Source of the DNA: Tubulanus polymorphus
Lineage: Eukaryota; Animalia; Nemertea
NCBI RefSeq assembly: GCF_964204645.1
Contig: NC_134032.1
Span: 620,001 to 684,000 of the forward strand
Length of the DNA stretch: 64,000 bases
Direction of reading: 5' to 3'
The translations under genes and the position numbers were made by a program. This document shows, one piece after another, positions 1-13,900 of this stretch (position 1 is the stretch's first letter; every line of letters starts with the position of its first letter). The notes beneath the pieces are model-generated. The model saw nothing but the letters and a program-made list of their open reading frames with translations. It was not told the origin of the DNA and made no database searches.

Positions 1-399
1 ATGTCTAATAGTTCTTGTAGAAATAGAATTGATAGAATTTATGTTAGTTCTAACTAGTTATTTGACCCCCCAATTAAAACATAATTTCAACCGTTAAATC
101 TTAGGTATTTTGAATATATTTCACAATTATCCAACGCCCCCACCCTCAACACCTCCCCTTAAAAAGCTTCCACGATTTTGTGGGTTAAGCGTGACTTTGG
201 TAGGATGAGGAATTGACGATTTGGACTTGACAACTTTTTTCTACATAATAGAAACTACATAAACGTTAACACATGAAGAGCTAGGAGGGTTGGACTATTA
301 ACCCCTCAAAACACATACAGATAACAGTGATACAAATATAAAACTATAGACAAATATACACTTATACAATATTACACATTAAAATGATAGAATTAAATT

Positions 400-548
400 T
401 TTCACGCGCCATTTTATTTTGAAGTAATCTCGCGCCATTTTTTCGAAGTCTCATCTCGCGTCATTTCATTTCGAAGTCTCATCTCGCGTCATTTCATTTC
501 GAAGTCTCATCTCGCGCCATTTTATTTTGAAGTAATCTCGCGCCATTA
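400..548. repeat. Tandem ~26-29 bp repeat (CGCGCCATTTTATTTTGAAGTAATCT)
   Basis: About 5 visible copies; the same family recurs at ~47500-47560 and 48420-48710. Confidence 0.85.
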
Positions 549-621
549 TATCTGTCTTTTTGCGCATCCCAGATAAATCACTTATTTTGTTGTTCTGTAA
601 TTAATCATATATCAACTCAGT

Positions 622-875
622 TATGTATTGTAATATATGTATTGTAATATGTATTGTACCATGTATTGTATTATGCATTGTATTATGTATTGTAGTATGT
701 ATTGTATTATGTATTGTAATATGTATTGTATTATGTATTGTACCATGTATTGTATTATGCATTGTACCATGTATTGTATTATGCATTGTACCATGTATTG
801 TATTATGTATTGTATTATGTATTGTATTATGGATTGTATTATGTATTGTAATATGTATTGTATTATGTATTTGTA
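622..875. repeat. 12-bp minisatellite (ATGTATTGTATT)n
   Basis: Directly visible; it generates the spurious CIVL/MYCI/HNTI ORFs. Confidence 0.95.
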
Positions 876-2599
876 ATTACTCTTCTCACTCGGTTCTCTC
901 TAATTATTGTCAGTCTGCCTATAAATACTGATTAGTAACGAAAGCTTGTGCGTCAAATAAACCTATATTGTATACTTATACTTGTCTCGTTATAATTATT
1001 CTAAACCCGGTTTATACCCCAGGCTCCTCTACGGAATAAGGGAACATCGTGTTTTAATTCCTGATTCGGACCCACTGTCTCAGCCTTCGTCAGTGGACAC
1101 AGGACGGGCTGGATTCGAACCCTTGAAAGCAGCAGGCCCATTTCTCTCGGACATTGAGGGAAACTTCTAAGACTAAGATTCGATTTTCAGCCTTCTTTGA
1201 CGAAGAGAACTTCAGTGGGACAATACTCAGAATTCGAACTTGTGGAATGAATTTGTTTTGGGAATTTTCTGCGAAAGCTTCATTTTTCTAGAGGAAAATA
1301 AATCAATTTCATATCGGTAACTATTAAGACGAGTAATAGGAAAAATTGTGCCGAAATTGAGAGTATTGAAACAAACACAGCTAACCTACACGGCTGTTTG
1401 GAATCAGTCGTTTCGGGATGAAAAATTTGCAGAAAATTCCGAAACATTTTCATTCCACCACGAGGAGACTGAAATTGACTGGTGACCCACGTACACTGGG
1501 CGAACTTTGGTTATCGGAGCTAGTCGCGACTATAGTCGAACTAAGTGAAACCGAATGTCAGTTAGTCGGAACCATAGTCCGGAAATAGTTCGGAAATAAA
1601 GCGCATTCGGTTATTAGTTCCGACCACTAGTCGACTAGATACGAGAACTGAATTTGGCCCTTACTGAGGAACTAGGATTCTGACCCGGCGGACACGACCA
1701 TCAGCCAGGAACAAGATAGTCCCGACCAGTTTGACCAGTGTGTGGTCGGCGGATGAGAGAGGATTAATGTACAAGGCAAGCCACATCGGAGCCTCGCTTG
1801 GAAGGTCTCCGCTGAAGGCGCTGCTTCAGTCTGATTACTCCGTCATACAATCCACCTTTTTTCAACCCAATATTCCCAGGCGTGGGTCCAGGGGAAGCTT
1901 TGGGTGCTGCAGCACCCCCGCCTAAAGCCCATCGCACACGTTTGCGATATATTTCATAATCTTATGCGATCTTACGCCAATACGATCGTCAAAGGTGATT
2001 CAAGAAGCTGAATTTAGGTAGGTTTCACGGAATACGGTAAGTAATTTACAGTCGAAAGTTAAATGTAGTTCGTTGCCTAAAATGTAACAGGTGGGCCAAA
2101 ATCTATCGGTTCTGGGTAGATGGCAATTTATTTACAGGTGTGAGACAAGGCCCAAATCCTGAACTGGAATAAACTGGTCTGTACTGTCTGGTGCTGCCCC
2201 TATGTATAACGATGGCGGGAAAAACGTGAACTAACATATTACTCGCTTGCCAAAGTCCTCGAACGGCTGTACTGGATAAACTATTTACCGATTTGCGAGA
2301 ATTCTACCACCGATGCAGACTTGCTACGATTACGATTACGATTTTATTTACACTCCAACCAATTCCATGGTATATGGAGGAAAACTATTACACGTGTATA
2401 TACAAATATTTACAAAACAAAATTGAAGTGATAAACATTTAGAGGATAAAAACGTAACAAAATATATATATTGCACGTTTGAACGTGAGAACACTGCCGC
2501 GGTATGGATACCCTGATTTGTATATTGTCGGAGCCACCCATTTCTCCGGCTCCGGTCACTTGCCGCAGTCGGTTTTAGTAGTTACGCACACGCGATCGC

Positions 2600-2760
2600 T
2601 GATTGGCCGACGCGTAAATATACGTCATTATAGTTAATAATAAACACCAGGAAACACCCTATGTCTAGAGAACTGTAAAAAATTGAACACATTTTCAGGG
2701 TTTTGAGGTTTTATTTGGTGACAAGAACCAGATTAAGAACCACGCAGTGTAGAGGTAAGA
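2600..2760 (+). promoter_or_regulatory. Probable lipin promoter and non-coding first exon
   Basis: CpG-rich patch with an inverted CCAAT box (GATTGG ~2602) and a CRE-like TACGTCA (2621-2627), followed by a good donor AG|GTAAGA at 2754/2755. Candidate acceptors lie at 6062/6070, just before the lipin ATG. Inference only. Confidence 0.4.
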
Positions 2761-3577
2761 ACCTCATTTGGTTTCCATAAGGCCGCTAGCATCTAATCTG
2801 CTCCGAGGAGTCTGGAGTTCTTCTAAATTGAGCTGAACTGCTAAAGAAGAAAGTTGAATTCTAATTTACTAAATAAATTAGTGTAGTTAGTGAAGTGAGT
2901 GTACTTAAGTATTATTCAGGCTTCCTGTCGTTGTTGGTGGTAACCTTGATCCAATGAGCTTAGGCCTATAGGCATCAGTAACATCAATGGCTGTTTTTTA
3001 TATGCGTGTGGTTTGTGAACATCCGTAAGCAAACCACAGTCAAGGCGCCTGCTCATCCTTTTATGACTTAGTCTGAATACCAGTCATTGTTACCGGTTCC
3101 CTACAACGTCAGACGCCAAAGCAACAACTGATTTTCAAATCAAACCTTAGGCCTTATGCCTATAATAGGCCTATACACTAAGTAATAAAATGTCAGTGTA
3201 TGCTGAGTAGGCCTAGGCTAAACTATCGCTGATGGATGAAAACAAAAACAACTTCAGTTGAATTACAAATTGTTGCTTGGATAAAAAACTGAATATTAAT
3301 GAAAGTATGGATCAAAACGTCGCGCAGAGAACATTATATCCGACATATGGTAAATTATCGGAGTTATTGAATTGAGGTAGGCCTAGTGTTCAAATGTTAA
3401 AGAGAGATATCCCTCAGGGTCCCTACGACTCCCTTGGAAACTCGTTCTAAACCAAAATGTTTTTCAAGGTACATGTACTGGATATTCTTGAATTTGAGCA
3501 AAATGTCTCGAAGTCCTTGAAAACTCGTTTAATTTTGAGAAATTGGCAATTCGATTTTGGAGTAGTCGACGGCAATA

Positions 3578-3839
3578 CAGGGTCCGATCTAAGGAATGAA
3601 AGCCACTTGCCCGGGGGGGGACAAGCATATCTGAAATTTCGCTTGCCCCCCTCCAAAAGCTACTTGCCCTACACAGGCAGTCCGATTGGTGGCGCTATCA
3701 TCCGTTGTATTGAGTGGGACAAAAGCTTTGTGACATAAAATTGCACTAGCCCGGGGGACAAGTGATAATGATAACCTACTTGCCCTGATGAGAATATACT
3801 TATCCCCGGCAATCAGACAAGTGCTTAGATCGCACCCTG
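3578..3839 (+). mobile_element. MITE with CAGGGT(C/G)CGATCTAAG terminal inverted repeats, copy 1
   Basis: TIRs CAGGGTCCGATCTAAG ... CTTAGATCGCACCCTG, flanked on both sides by CAATA (5-bp target duplication). Nested in another repeat (~3415-3935). Confidence 0.85.
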
Positions 3840-4703
3840 CAATATTATGGAGATATTATGAAAGTGATGCAGTTTGAATTTTTTTCTCCTTGAAACGCCC
3901 TTGAATTCTGGAATGACTGATTTGTAGGAATCCCAAAAAGATCGATGTCAGACGCGAAAATAGATAGACATTAGCGGCTGGTTTGTACTTTCCCTAACCT
4001 ATAGTTTAGTTTTAAGACGTGGCCAGTGCCGTAAGGTTGCTTGTCCCATACCGGCCGGCAGGTAGCCCTAGATGCCGGCCGGCGACGCTGGTTTGTTAAA
4101 CTGAAAAGATAACAATGTGTTAGATTATAAATAGAGTTATCAGTACTGTTCGAGTCTCGTTATCGTAACGGTATCTCGATCCACAAACCGAGCGCGCGCT
4201 CGAGCCAGGGCACGAGTTATCTTATCTTCGAGATAAAATCATGTGACGCACTCAACATCAGTTATTATTGTATTGTATTGTTTGTAAATATTAGAGGTCG
4301 AACTTGTTCAAATCGAGCGATAAAATCACGACACCTGAAATTACCACCATATTTATCCCTCTTAGAATCTTAAGAATTACTATTCGTGACCTTGTGCGAG
4401 GACGCGGAGATTCTGTCATAGATTAATCCTATCGCGCAATAAAGGGACTGCGGCAGGCAAGGATCCTCCCCGGTGTCGCCAGACTTCAAGTTCTACATTT
4501 CGGTTAAATTCAAATCAACTTTTCTGATTGTTAGATTAATTTGCAGTGACAGCTTTACCATAGGCACTGTGAGCGAGAAAGTCTATCTTATCTGTTCACT
4601 CGTGATTAGGAAGGCTAAAAATCCCGGTTGGGATTTCATCGAAAATTAACAAATATTTTCACTACAAATAACCGAGTGTATTGTGAAGCGCCATCTGGTG
4701 TGT

Positions 4704-4961
4704 CAGGGTGCGATCTAAGCAGTTGTCCGATTGTCCGGGACAATTATATTCTCATCGGGGCAAGTAGGTTATCATTTATCACTTGTCCCCCGGGCTAGTG
4801 TAATTTTTTGTCACAAAACTTTTTTCCCACTCGATACAACGGATGATAGCGCCACCAATCGGACTGCCTGTGTAGGGCAAGTATTTTTTGGAGGGGGCAA
4901 GCAAAATTTCAGATATGCTTGCCCCCGGGCAAGTGGCTTCTATTCCTTAGATTGGACCCTG
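4704..4961 (-). mobile_element. Same MITE, inverted copy 2
   Basis: Reverse complement of 3578-3839 over its whole length; flanks TGTGT/TGTGG. Confidence 0.85.
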
Positions 4962-6108
4962 TGTGGGCCGCCAGTACCTGATTTCCCAACTAGCCTTATT
5001 AGTGAAACGATGGCGATATTTTATTTAGAATACCTCGCGTTACGACCCGTCCGATTTCAGCCGCTCGACTGGCAACTTGCCATCCGGTGAAAATAAGCCG
5101 TTCGTTCATTTGTTTATTTGTGTATTATTTGTGGCATGAAATTTTCCGCGTGGTCACATGTGACCACCAGTGACTGAGTTTCGAGTGTGTGTGTGTTCTA
5201 TAAAAATCCGGTGACTCGAATGAGAAAAATTGAACTTCTGCCAAAAATTTCACTCAAATGTCAACATATGCAATTCATTTAATTCTGGATATTCATCCGA
5301 AATCAAGGTGACTTAGTTTCATTGTGAGCTGAATGTACAAAGAATGTATTACGAAACGTCATCGAGACAAACTCGCGATATTAATTTAAACAAACTGTTA
5401 TTGCTTTTTCCTCACTTTCGGGCGAATGTGAGGAAAGAAATGATTGATAAAATATGTTAAAATTGATGTAGTGGGTTTTCTCTTAAAGATATATTCATTA
5501 CCACAATGCGGAAATATGATTAATTTCGAAATTAATTATTCCCATAATTTCAACACAGCTTCTTTTCTTCATCGAGCAAAAATGAAGTTCTTTTTTTTTC
5601 AAATATTGAATCAGACATAGGAAGTGGATATTTTGCCTAGATTACTATAGTAAACATAATCATGCAAATCATTCAAATCATTTTAGGTAGGAGTTTAAAG
5701 AACGTCAGCATTATGGCATTTCAAAATAACAATTACAAGTGTGAATTTGGCATTTATTTTGTAACTAAACATATTTCATAAATCTTATTTCATTTCTGAT
5801 AGATCTTGATATTTGATCTTTGAGAGAATGTACGCTACACCGTTGATATATCAGGGCTACAGACTGGTTGCCGGTCAATTCAATCATTATCGATATATTC
5901 AAATCTAAAATAGATTATTCACTGATTTATACGCCGCACCGCGGTGTAGATGCACTGAAAGGGTTAAGCAATACGTCGTTTTTCAAGGGCAGGCGTTGAT
6001 AAACATTTTCAGTCGGTTTTCTCATCGATGTTCAATCCTGAGGATTTCGTCTTGGTTTCTAGGTTTTTAGGTACCGATTGTAGTCACAGGTGATGAAACC
6101 GCGCGACG

Positions 6109-9100
6109 ATGAATTACGTCGGTAAATTGCTGTCGAATTTCAAGGGTTTCTACAGCGAGATCAACTCGGCGACGTTAACCGGCGCGATCGACACGGTCGT
6201 CGTTGAACAGGATGACGGATCGTTCGTTTGTTCGCCGTTCCACGTCCGCTTCGGTAAAATGGGCGTGTTACGATCGCGCGAGAAGAGGGTAAGTCGAATT
6301 CCGCATTCCGAACGCGATTTTATAACGTTTTTGAAAACTATTAAATGTATATTAAAATATATATATATATATATATTTAAAATTATATTAAAAGCTATTG
6401 AAAATGCTATATTTTTTATTTTTTTTGGAAAGGATTGATTAGTTTTTGCCGAATAAATCCTATACAAATTTTTCATGTCATCGAAATTCAATACTTCAGT
6501 TATTAAACCTCGCCTAACTCTGGCAAACTGGAACCGGCAAAATCGGTCTTGAGTTGACGGTAACAAGTTAAATCCCCCCAAATTTGATTTTGTAGCAAAA
6601 TTCAGTGAAATGCTTCCAATTATTGAAAACTTAAAATCTTTCAAAAATTTCAAATTTTGTTTTTGAAAATATTCACCTTGGATAATCTGTGACTTAACGA
6701 AGCAACGCGCTCAAAGATGACATTATTCTGTAACCGTTAGCCAGCGAAATGATATAATAGTAGTTTTGAAGAGTTCTATGAAAAAATCTAGTTAAATAGT
6801 TATAGTAAAATATCTATGTACCCTAGATATAATATTGTAAATATTAATATCTGTTTTCATATAGGTTTTATACTTGAGTTTGATAGAAAACTGATTTTTG
6901 GGGGTTTATTACCTAGGGGGTAATTACCGGGGGGTAATTAACTACATTGGAATTGGGCCTTACAGGGTACTTATGATTCCTTGATTCCTTGAAAACTGCT
7001 TCTAAACCAAAAATGTTTTTAAATGTCCTTTCATTTGAGCAAAATTCCCGATGGCCTTTGAAGACTGCTTGAATTCTTCGAAGTAGACAGTTAGAAAATT
7101 GTTAGAAAAAGGTTTACTGTAACCTCATTGAGAGTTTGATTTTCCAAAAAAAGGTTAAATTGTCTTTAAATTGCTCATCGAAAATGAACTGATATTCCCT
7201 GGGTATATCCCAGTGTTGTATTAAGCGCCATCTGGTGTTGCCGGTATTCCATTCACTAGTATGACATCACTCGTAGCACGCCCTCTGGTGGCAGTTCGAT
7301 CGTTGAATTGATTTTTTTGCTATGCGATCGATTTCAGGTTGAGATTACAGTTAACGGCACTCCCGTCGATCTGCATATGAAACTAGGCGATTCCGGCGAG
7401 GCTTTTTTCGTACAGGAATGCGATGAACAATCTGAGGTAAGAGCCTACTGAGAAACCTACTGTACCTACTCCTACTGAGAACCTAGCGTACCTACTGAAA
7501 TAGGGGTCATTCATTTATTACGTACGCATTAGGGGAGGGGGAGAAGGATCAGTGCAGTTGCGTACTGTAATGCTTAATGTATATGAAAAAATGGCCGATT
7601 TTGCGTACAGAGGGGGAGGGGGGTTGAAAAATTTAAATTTTATGCGTACGTAATAAATGAATGATCCCATAGCATTTCGATAATTCTATGATTTCATTTA
7701 TTACTATTGTTAAGCGCTATGATTATCTTGTAAACAAATTATTATTATTATATTATATTATTATTATCATAATTATTATTATTATTATTATTATGAATGT
7801 ACTGAACCTACTGAACCTACCATACCTACTGCAATCTATAATATTCCGTAGGTTTTTCTTGATTTGTTTCTTTAAAATCCCGGCTAAATTGAGGAATCCA
7901 AGCCTCTTGAATTCTCTGAGAAATTTTTGCTGAGTTTAAAAGTCGACCCGGCCAGTCGTCTATCTGTACATTAATTTAAAAAAGAAAATTATAATCAACC
8001 TAACCTTACAATAACAACAATGGGCCTAGTTATAGAAATGAACTGATTACAAATTTCATTGCTGATTACAAAATGACCCGGCCGATTAGGCGAAACAAGG
8101 TATCATTTATTAATCTAAACCTAAAGGCCTAATATTTTGAGAATCCTTCGATATAATGAAAGATAGATTCAGTCTAACTGTTGTACGTTCATCCCTCAGA
8201 GTTGGTCATTTTATCACCAATTTCGTGTGGTCAACACTATCAAAGTTTGGAAACCTTTCAAATCAATTGACTTCAGGTTCATGATATGATGATAGGCCTT
8301 CTAAGAAATGTGTGCTTAGAATAGTGCGTTACGGCCTGATGCTTGTTTAGACTATAAATGTCTGTCTAGGTTAAACAGGTTTTTTAATTTAGATTCTGTC
8401 GGTTTTGGTATAAAAATTTGTACGTAATATTCCACCTACAACTAACACTAAAATATTATAACGATTTACAAGCTGTGACAACAACGCACAAAATAATTCA
8501 ACCTCCCACGAATAATGAATTTAGTCGGTTTTAAATATTCATTCGCGCGTATAAACCGTGTTTAACGTTTAAAAACATGTGTCACTCGTTCTCTGTCGGC
8601 AGGGATTTCATGAGTGTTTAACCCATCAGTTCTCAATCCACCCTGACTATTACTCCTCAAGCCGCCCGTATCCACCCTCACTATTACTCCTCAATCCACC
8701 TGTATCCACCCTGACTATTACTCCTCAATCCACCTGTATCCACCCTGACTATTACTCCTCAATCCACCTGTATCCACCCTGACTATTACTCCTCAATCCA
8801 CCTGTATCCACCCTGACTATTACTCCTCAAGCCGCCCGTATCCACCCTCACTATTACTCCTCAATCCACCTGTATCCACCCTCACTATTACTCCTCAATC
8901 CACCCTGACTATTACTCCTCAATCCACTTGTATCCACCCTGACTATTACTCCTCAATCCACTTGTATCCACCCTGACTATTACTCCTCAATCCACCTGTA
9001 TCCACCCTGACTATTACTCCTCAATCCACCTGTATCCACCCTGACGATTACTCCTCAATCCACTTGTATCCACCCTGACTATTACTCCTCAATCCACCTG

Positions 9101-10931
9101 TATCCACCCTCACTATTACTCCTCAATCCACCTGTATCCACCCTGACTATTACTCCTCAATCCACCTGTATCCACCCTGACTATTACTCCTCAAGCCGCC
9201 CGTATCCACCCTGACTATTACTCCTCAATCCACCTGTATCCACCCTGACTATTACTCCTCAATCCACTTGTATCCACCCTGACTATTACTCCTCAAGCCG
9301 CCCGTATCCACCCTGACTATTACTCCTCAATCCACCTGTATCCACCCTCACTATTACTCCTCAATCCACCTGTATCCACCCTGACTATTACTCCTCAAGC
9401 CGCCCGTATCCACCCTGACTATTACTCCTCAATCCACCTGTATCCACCCTGACTATTACTCATCAATCCACCTGTATCCACCCTGACTATTACTCCTCAA
9501 TCCACCTGTATCCACCCTGACTATTACTCCTCAATCCACTTGTATCCACCCTGACTATTACTCCTCAAGCCGCCCGTATCCACCCTGACTATTACTCCTC
9601 AAGCTGCCCGTATCCACCCTGACTGTTACTCCTCAATCCACCTGTATCCACCCTGACTATTACTCCTCAATCAGTGCTAATCAATACCCGTATAGTGCTG
9701 GAGATAATTTGAAAATTTTGAATAATTCCACCCTAGTGTGTTTAATAAAGGGAATACCGCTATAGTGCGTTGTTAGTTACTAATATTTCACCATGTTTGA
9801 AAGGTGCTGCCATCTTTCAAGAGAGATTATTACTAATTACATCAATACACCGCAGTGTGATGTACTAGGAAAATACATCACTGATTAATACACCGCACTG
9901 TCGTGTAGACGTACTGAAAGGGTTAACACTATTCACTTCTCTACAATTTATCGAGTTAACCCTGCCCTTCTGACTAAATGCTAACTGCTGCTCAAAACCT
10001 TATTCAATTGCGCCCAATTTTCTATTTCCAGTTTCCTGATAACCTGGCGACGTCTCCCCTACCGTCGGTGGAGGAACTCATGCAACAAGGCATCGCTGAT
10101 TTACACAAACAATCGAACCGTCGTGAAGCGAGAGATCGGGCGAGCACGTCGGGCACCGATCACACCACCGGGTCGAGTAACATCGATAACGAGTCTGATT
10201 TCTATTTACCTCCGCCGGTAATAGAGGGCGCCGGCGTTCGCGAACGCACCGAATCGGAGCGAAGCAGCACGTCGACGTTGCCGTCGCGTAAGAACTCGGA
10301 CACGCCGCCGGTCGCCGCGGACGCGTCGTCGACGACCAGGCGCACGCGGACGGAATCAGAGCGAGTCGGAGCCAACGAGATCGGTGCGGCGAGTTTAAAA
10401 CGGTCGTACTCGACGCCCGAGTTGAACGACGCGTCGTTTAAACCGATCGAGACGGAGGAGTCGTACAGCGGTCGCGACGGCTCGGCCGTGCTCGTCTCGA
10501 AACCGCTGGCCATCTCGCCGAAACATATCCCGCTGACGTCGTCGTCGGACTGCGGCGTCGCGCGGCGCGAGACCACGACGAACGAAGACGACGCCGCCGC
10601 CACTAAGAAGAAGAAAAAGAAGAAAGGCAGCTTGAAGAAGAGGCATAAAGCGCGTCAGAATTCGAGCGCGACCGATTCCAGTTCGGCGGCGAGCCACGTC
10701 GTGAATACGGCCACCGACGCCGAAATCATATTCAACATGGACGACGACGAAGACGGCAGTTCGGACGCAGCGGCGGCCGCGGCGGTTAATGCTATACCGC
10801 GTACGACCAGTCTACCGATCATCGAAGAGAATCGTATGGAAATGACGAACGACTGGGCGCGGACTCAGTTCGCGGCGCAGTTTCATCCGTTCTCGGACGG
10901 AGATATCACTCCTATTGTCAGGTATTTATTA

Positions 10932-10964
<33 letters not shown>

Positions 10965-13900
10965 GATAGACCACTGAAAATTTTCCTTTAATTGTTAGCT
11001 TCCACGAGGAGTATTCTGTGGAGTCAATTTGAGTCATTTTTTGTTTCAGTCCGGTCGGGTCAAGGCCGCCGTCGCCGAAATCCGACACGGAGGTCGAGTG
11101 TAAGAAGATAGAATCGGATCCGTCTGGTCAGGAGCAAGACGACGTGAAGTGGATGTGGGGCGAACTTCCCGAAATAGACCGCAACAACAAAACAAAAGAA
11201 TCGGCGACAGAAATGAAAAAAACAGGTGCGAGTTATACCATCTCCTCGCTTGCCAGGGGTCGGGTATCACTTCCTGAACAGGTTTGCGCCCCCTTGCCTC
11301 ACGACGTGTGATTTCATTTCTGGCTACTTGCGAAATACTTCCTTGTTTGGTAAGACGTTTGCTGATTGGTCCATTTCACGGGAAAACCAACATAAGCCTG
11401 ATTTTGTTTGTTACAAGCGCTGTGATTGGTTACGTCCGGATTCTGGTCGGCTAGTAACGACTGCAACGACTCGTGAGGTCAAGGGGTTCGGGGAACAGCT
11501 TCAGCGTATCGGGTTCGAATCCCTTGTTGATGGAGTTATGCCCGCAGATAAACTTGAAGTAGGATATCTAGATCGATGATTATCCATTTCAGAGGTGGAA
11601 AACGCCGGAGGTTTGTTTCATTTCATGCGCAAAACTAAGAAACTACGACATCAACCGGAACAGGAGGGAATTTATTTAGAAGATCTGAAACTTGATGAGA
11701 TGGACCCTGAAGTCGCTGCACTTTATCTATACAACCCAAAGAGGTATTTATTGTTTATTTTATTTATTATTTTTTTAGTTAAATTTAAAACCGACTGAAC
11801 TAGCGACACCTGCTGGTAGCCACAGAAGCTGTAGTTGGTGTCCTACTGCACACTAGCGACACGTGGTGGATCCTCACTTGCCACAAGTGGAATCCTCTAT
11901 AAACTGACCGGATAAATGTCTGTTTGTATTTCAGCTCAGTCGTGTCTCACCCTCAACACGTGGATGAAGACAATGAATCGGGCCGCGGCGCGTCCTTGCC
12001 GCAGTCACCCGTATCAGTAGAGGGCACCACTAGTATCGAACTGTCTCACAAATCATCACTTGAAGATAGCGGGTGAGTAATCACTGTCAGTGCTGGAGAT
12101 AATTTGAAAATTTGAAAAAATTCCACCCTAGTGTGTCGAATAACGGGAATAGCACTATAGTGCGTCTACACCGCGGTGCAGTGTATCATTAGTTACTAGT
12201 ATTTCACTATGTTTGACAGGTGCTGCCATTTTTCAAGAGAGATAATTACTAATTACATCAATTCACCGCAGTGCGGTGTACTTGCAAAATCTATCACCGA
12301 TTTATACACCGCACTGCGGTGTAGACGCACTGAAAGGGTTAATTGAGAGAAATAGACGATTAGAAATGTTTTTCTAGTTTGCAGTTGTACATAAGTATAC
12401 AGTGTACTAGCAAAATCTATCACCGATTTATACACCGCACTGCGGTGTAGACGCACTGAAAGGGTTAAATGCCTTGAAATCATGCAATTATATCAGCGTG
12501 CGTAACATTTATCACATTCAATATTTCTGTCGTTTCTAGTGAACATTTGTCGGATATGAAGATGTCTATATGCGGCGGACTCAAGGAACACGAAGGTGAA
12601 TTCCCCAGCGAACGGTTCATGCAAGGTTTAATTACGTACGACGATTTCTGTCAGAACCCGGGCATCTTAACGAACCCGGACCTCGTCATTAAACTCGCTG
12701 ACAAGTAAGTGTTTCTGTACGGTAAATAAGATAAGAACCCTACTGCGTACAAATTAAAAGAATTTTAAAATCGAGAATTTATTTATGGTGAGATCGAAGC
12801 GTTGTGTCATTAAGATTTCTGAATAAACAAATTCTCGATTTTAACCTAGTGGGTTTTCATCTTATTTTTCCGCTCTTCACGTTTCGAGTCTGGTTATTGT
12901 ACTGTTTCTGTACGGTATTCCTAGGCGTCTTACGAGAGAGTTCTGTAAGATAGTCAAAATTAGTTTTAAGGCTCTTCGTTTTTCAAAGCCGCCACAATTT
13001 CAGCGGTGAAGCATCGAAAACAGGCGATTTCTGTCAAACAAGGGCACAACTTTGTCCTACGAAGTTCGGGCAATGTTTAAGCGGACTCACAGAATGAACT
13101 TAATTAATTTGCCTAAAGTATTTAGTAAAGACCTCTCGGGGATCTAGCCCCTGGATATTTTTGTGCGTGATAGGAATTGTATTTACTCGACAATTAGGTT
13201 CAACGTTAGAAATACATTCCCAAGAAATACACTAGTCTCTTAGTCGTGTGTTAAATCGTTTTTTTGTATATATTTTGCAGGTATTACAACTGGCAAGTCG
13301 CTGGTCCTATCGTAATGTCTGTTCTAGCGTTCCAAAAACCGCTTCCGGAGGTTCGTATTTTTTTGGCAATTATAGATGATCATTCATTCTCGGCTTCTTG
13401 CATAGAATTCAACTACTTCAATTTGTCTAGTTATTTTTGATGAATAATGATAGCAGTAGTAAAAGTATCTTGATGGTTTACAAACTTTGAAGAACTGCAT
13501 TTGGAAAACGCACTTCTTCGCGCGTTGCTGTGTCGAATTAACGGGTGTTCGTGATTTCTGCCTTTAGAAAAATCAACTGAAAAAGCCTGGGTCCTGAAAC
13601 TGCCCCTTAGGGGAAATATCCGTAAATGATGCAATTTCTGAGAGGATCAGTTTGCGGCAGGTTTTAAAATGATTTCTGTCTCGGCGTCAAAGGGGGGCAT
13701 CCTCTATGATGACGAGGCAGGATTCTAGACCCCAGAAAAATACCCCGTCGATATAGATCCGTCTGTGAGTCCTTGTACACGCGTGCTGTTGTGATTGGGC
13801 GATAAAGGCTGATATTAACTTTCTCTACTCCAGTTGATGCTTGATAAATTAAATGTCTGTTATTTGCTTGCGTTTCAGCACATAATCAACGATCTTCTGA

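Noticed and set aside
601-931. ORFs with CIVL/MYCI/HNTI repeats
   Set aside because: Translations of a 12-bp minisatellite.
3447-5090. ORFs at 3447-3738 and 4731-5090
   Set aside because: They lie in non-coding MITE copies and show no transposase motifs.
8633-9672. CRISPR-like regular array
   Set aside because: Contiguous tandem repeats with no unique spacers, no cas genes, and a eukaryotic intron context. The same applies to 47718-47992 and 49224-49575.
10202-10697. Minus-strand ORFs of 133 and 100 aa
   Set aside because: Antisense shadows of the GC-rich lipin exon 3.
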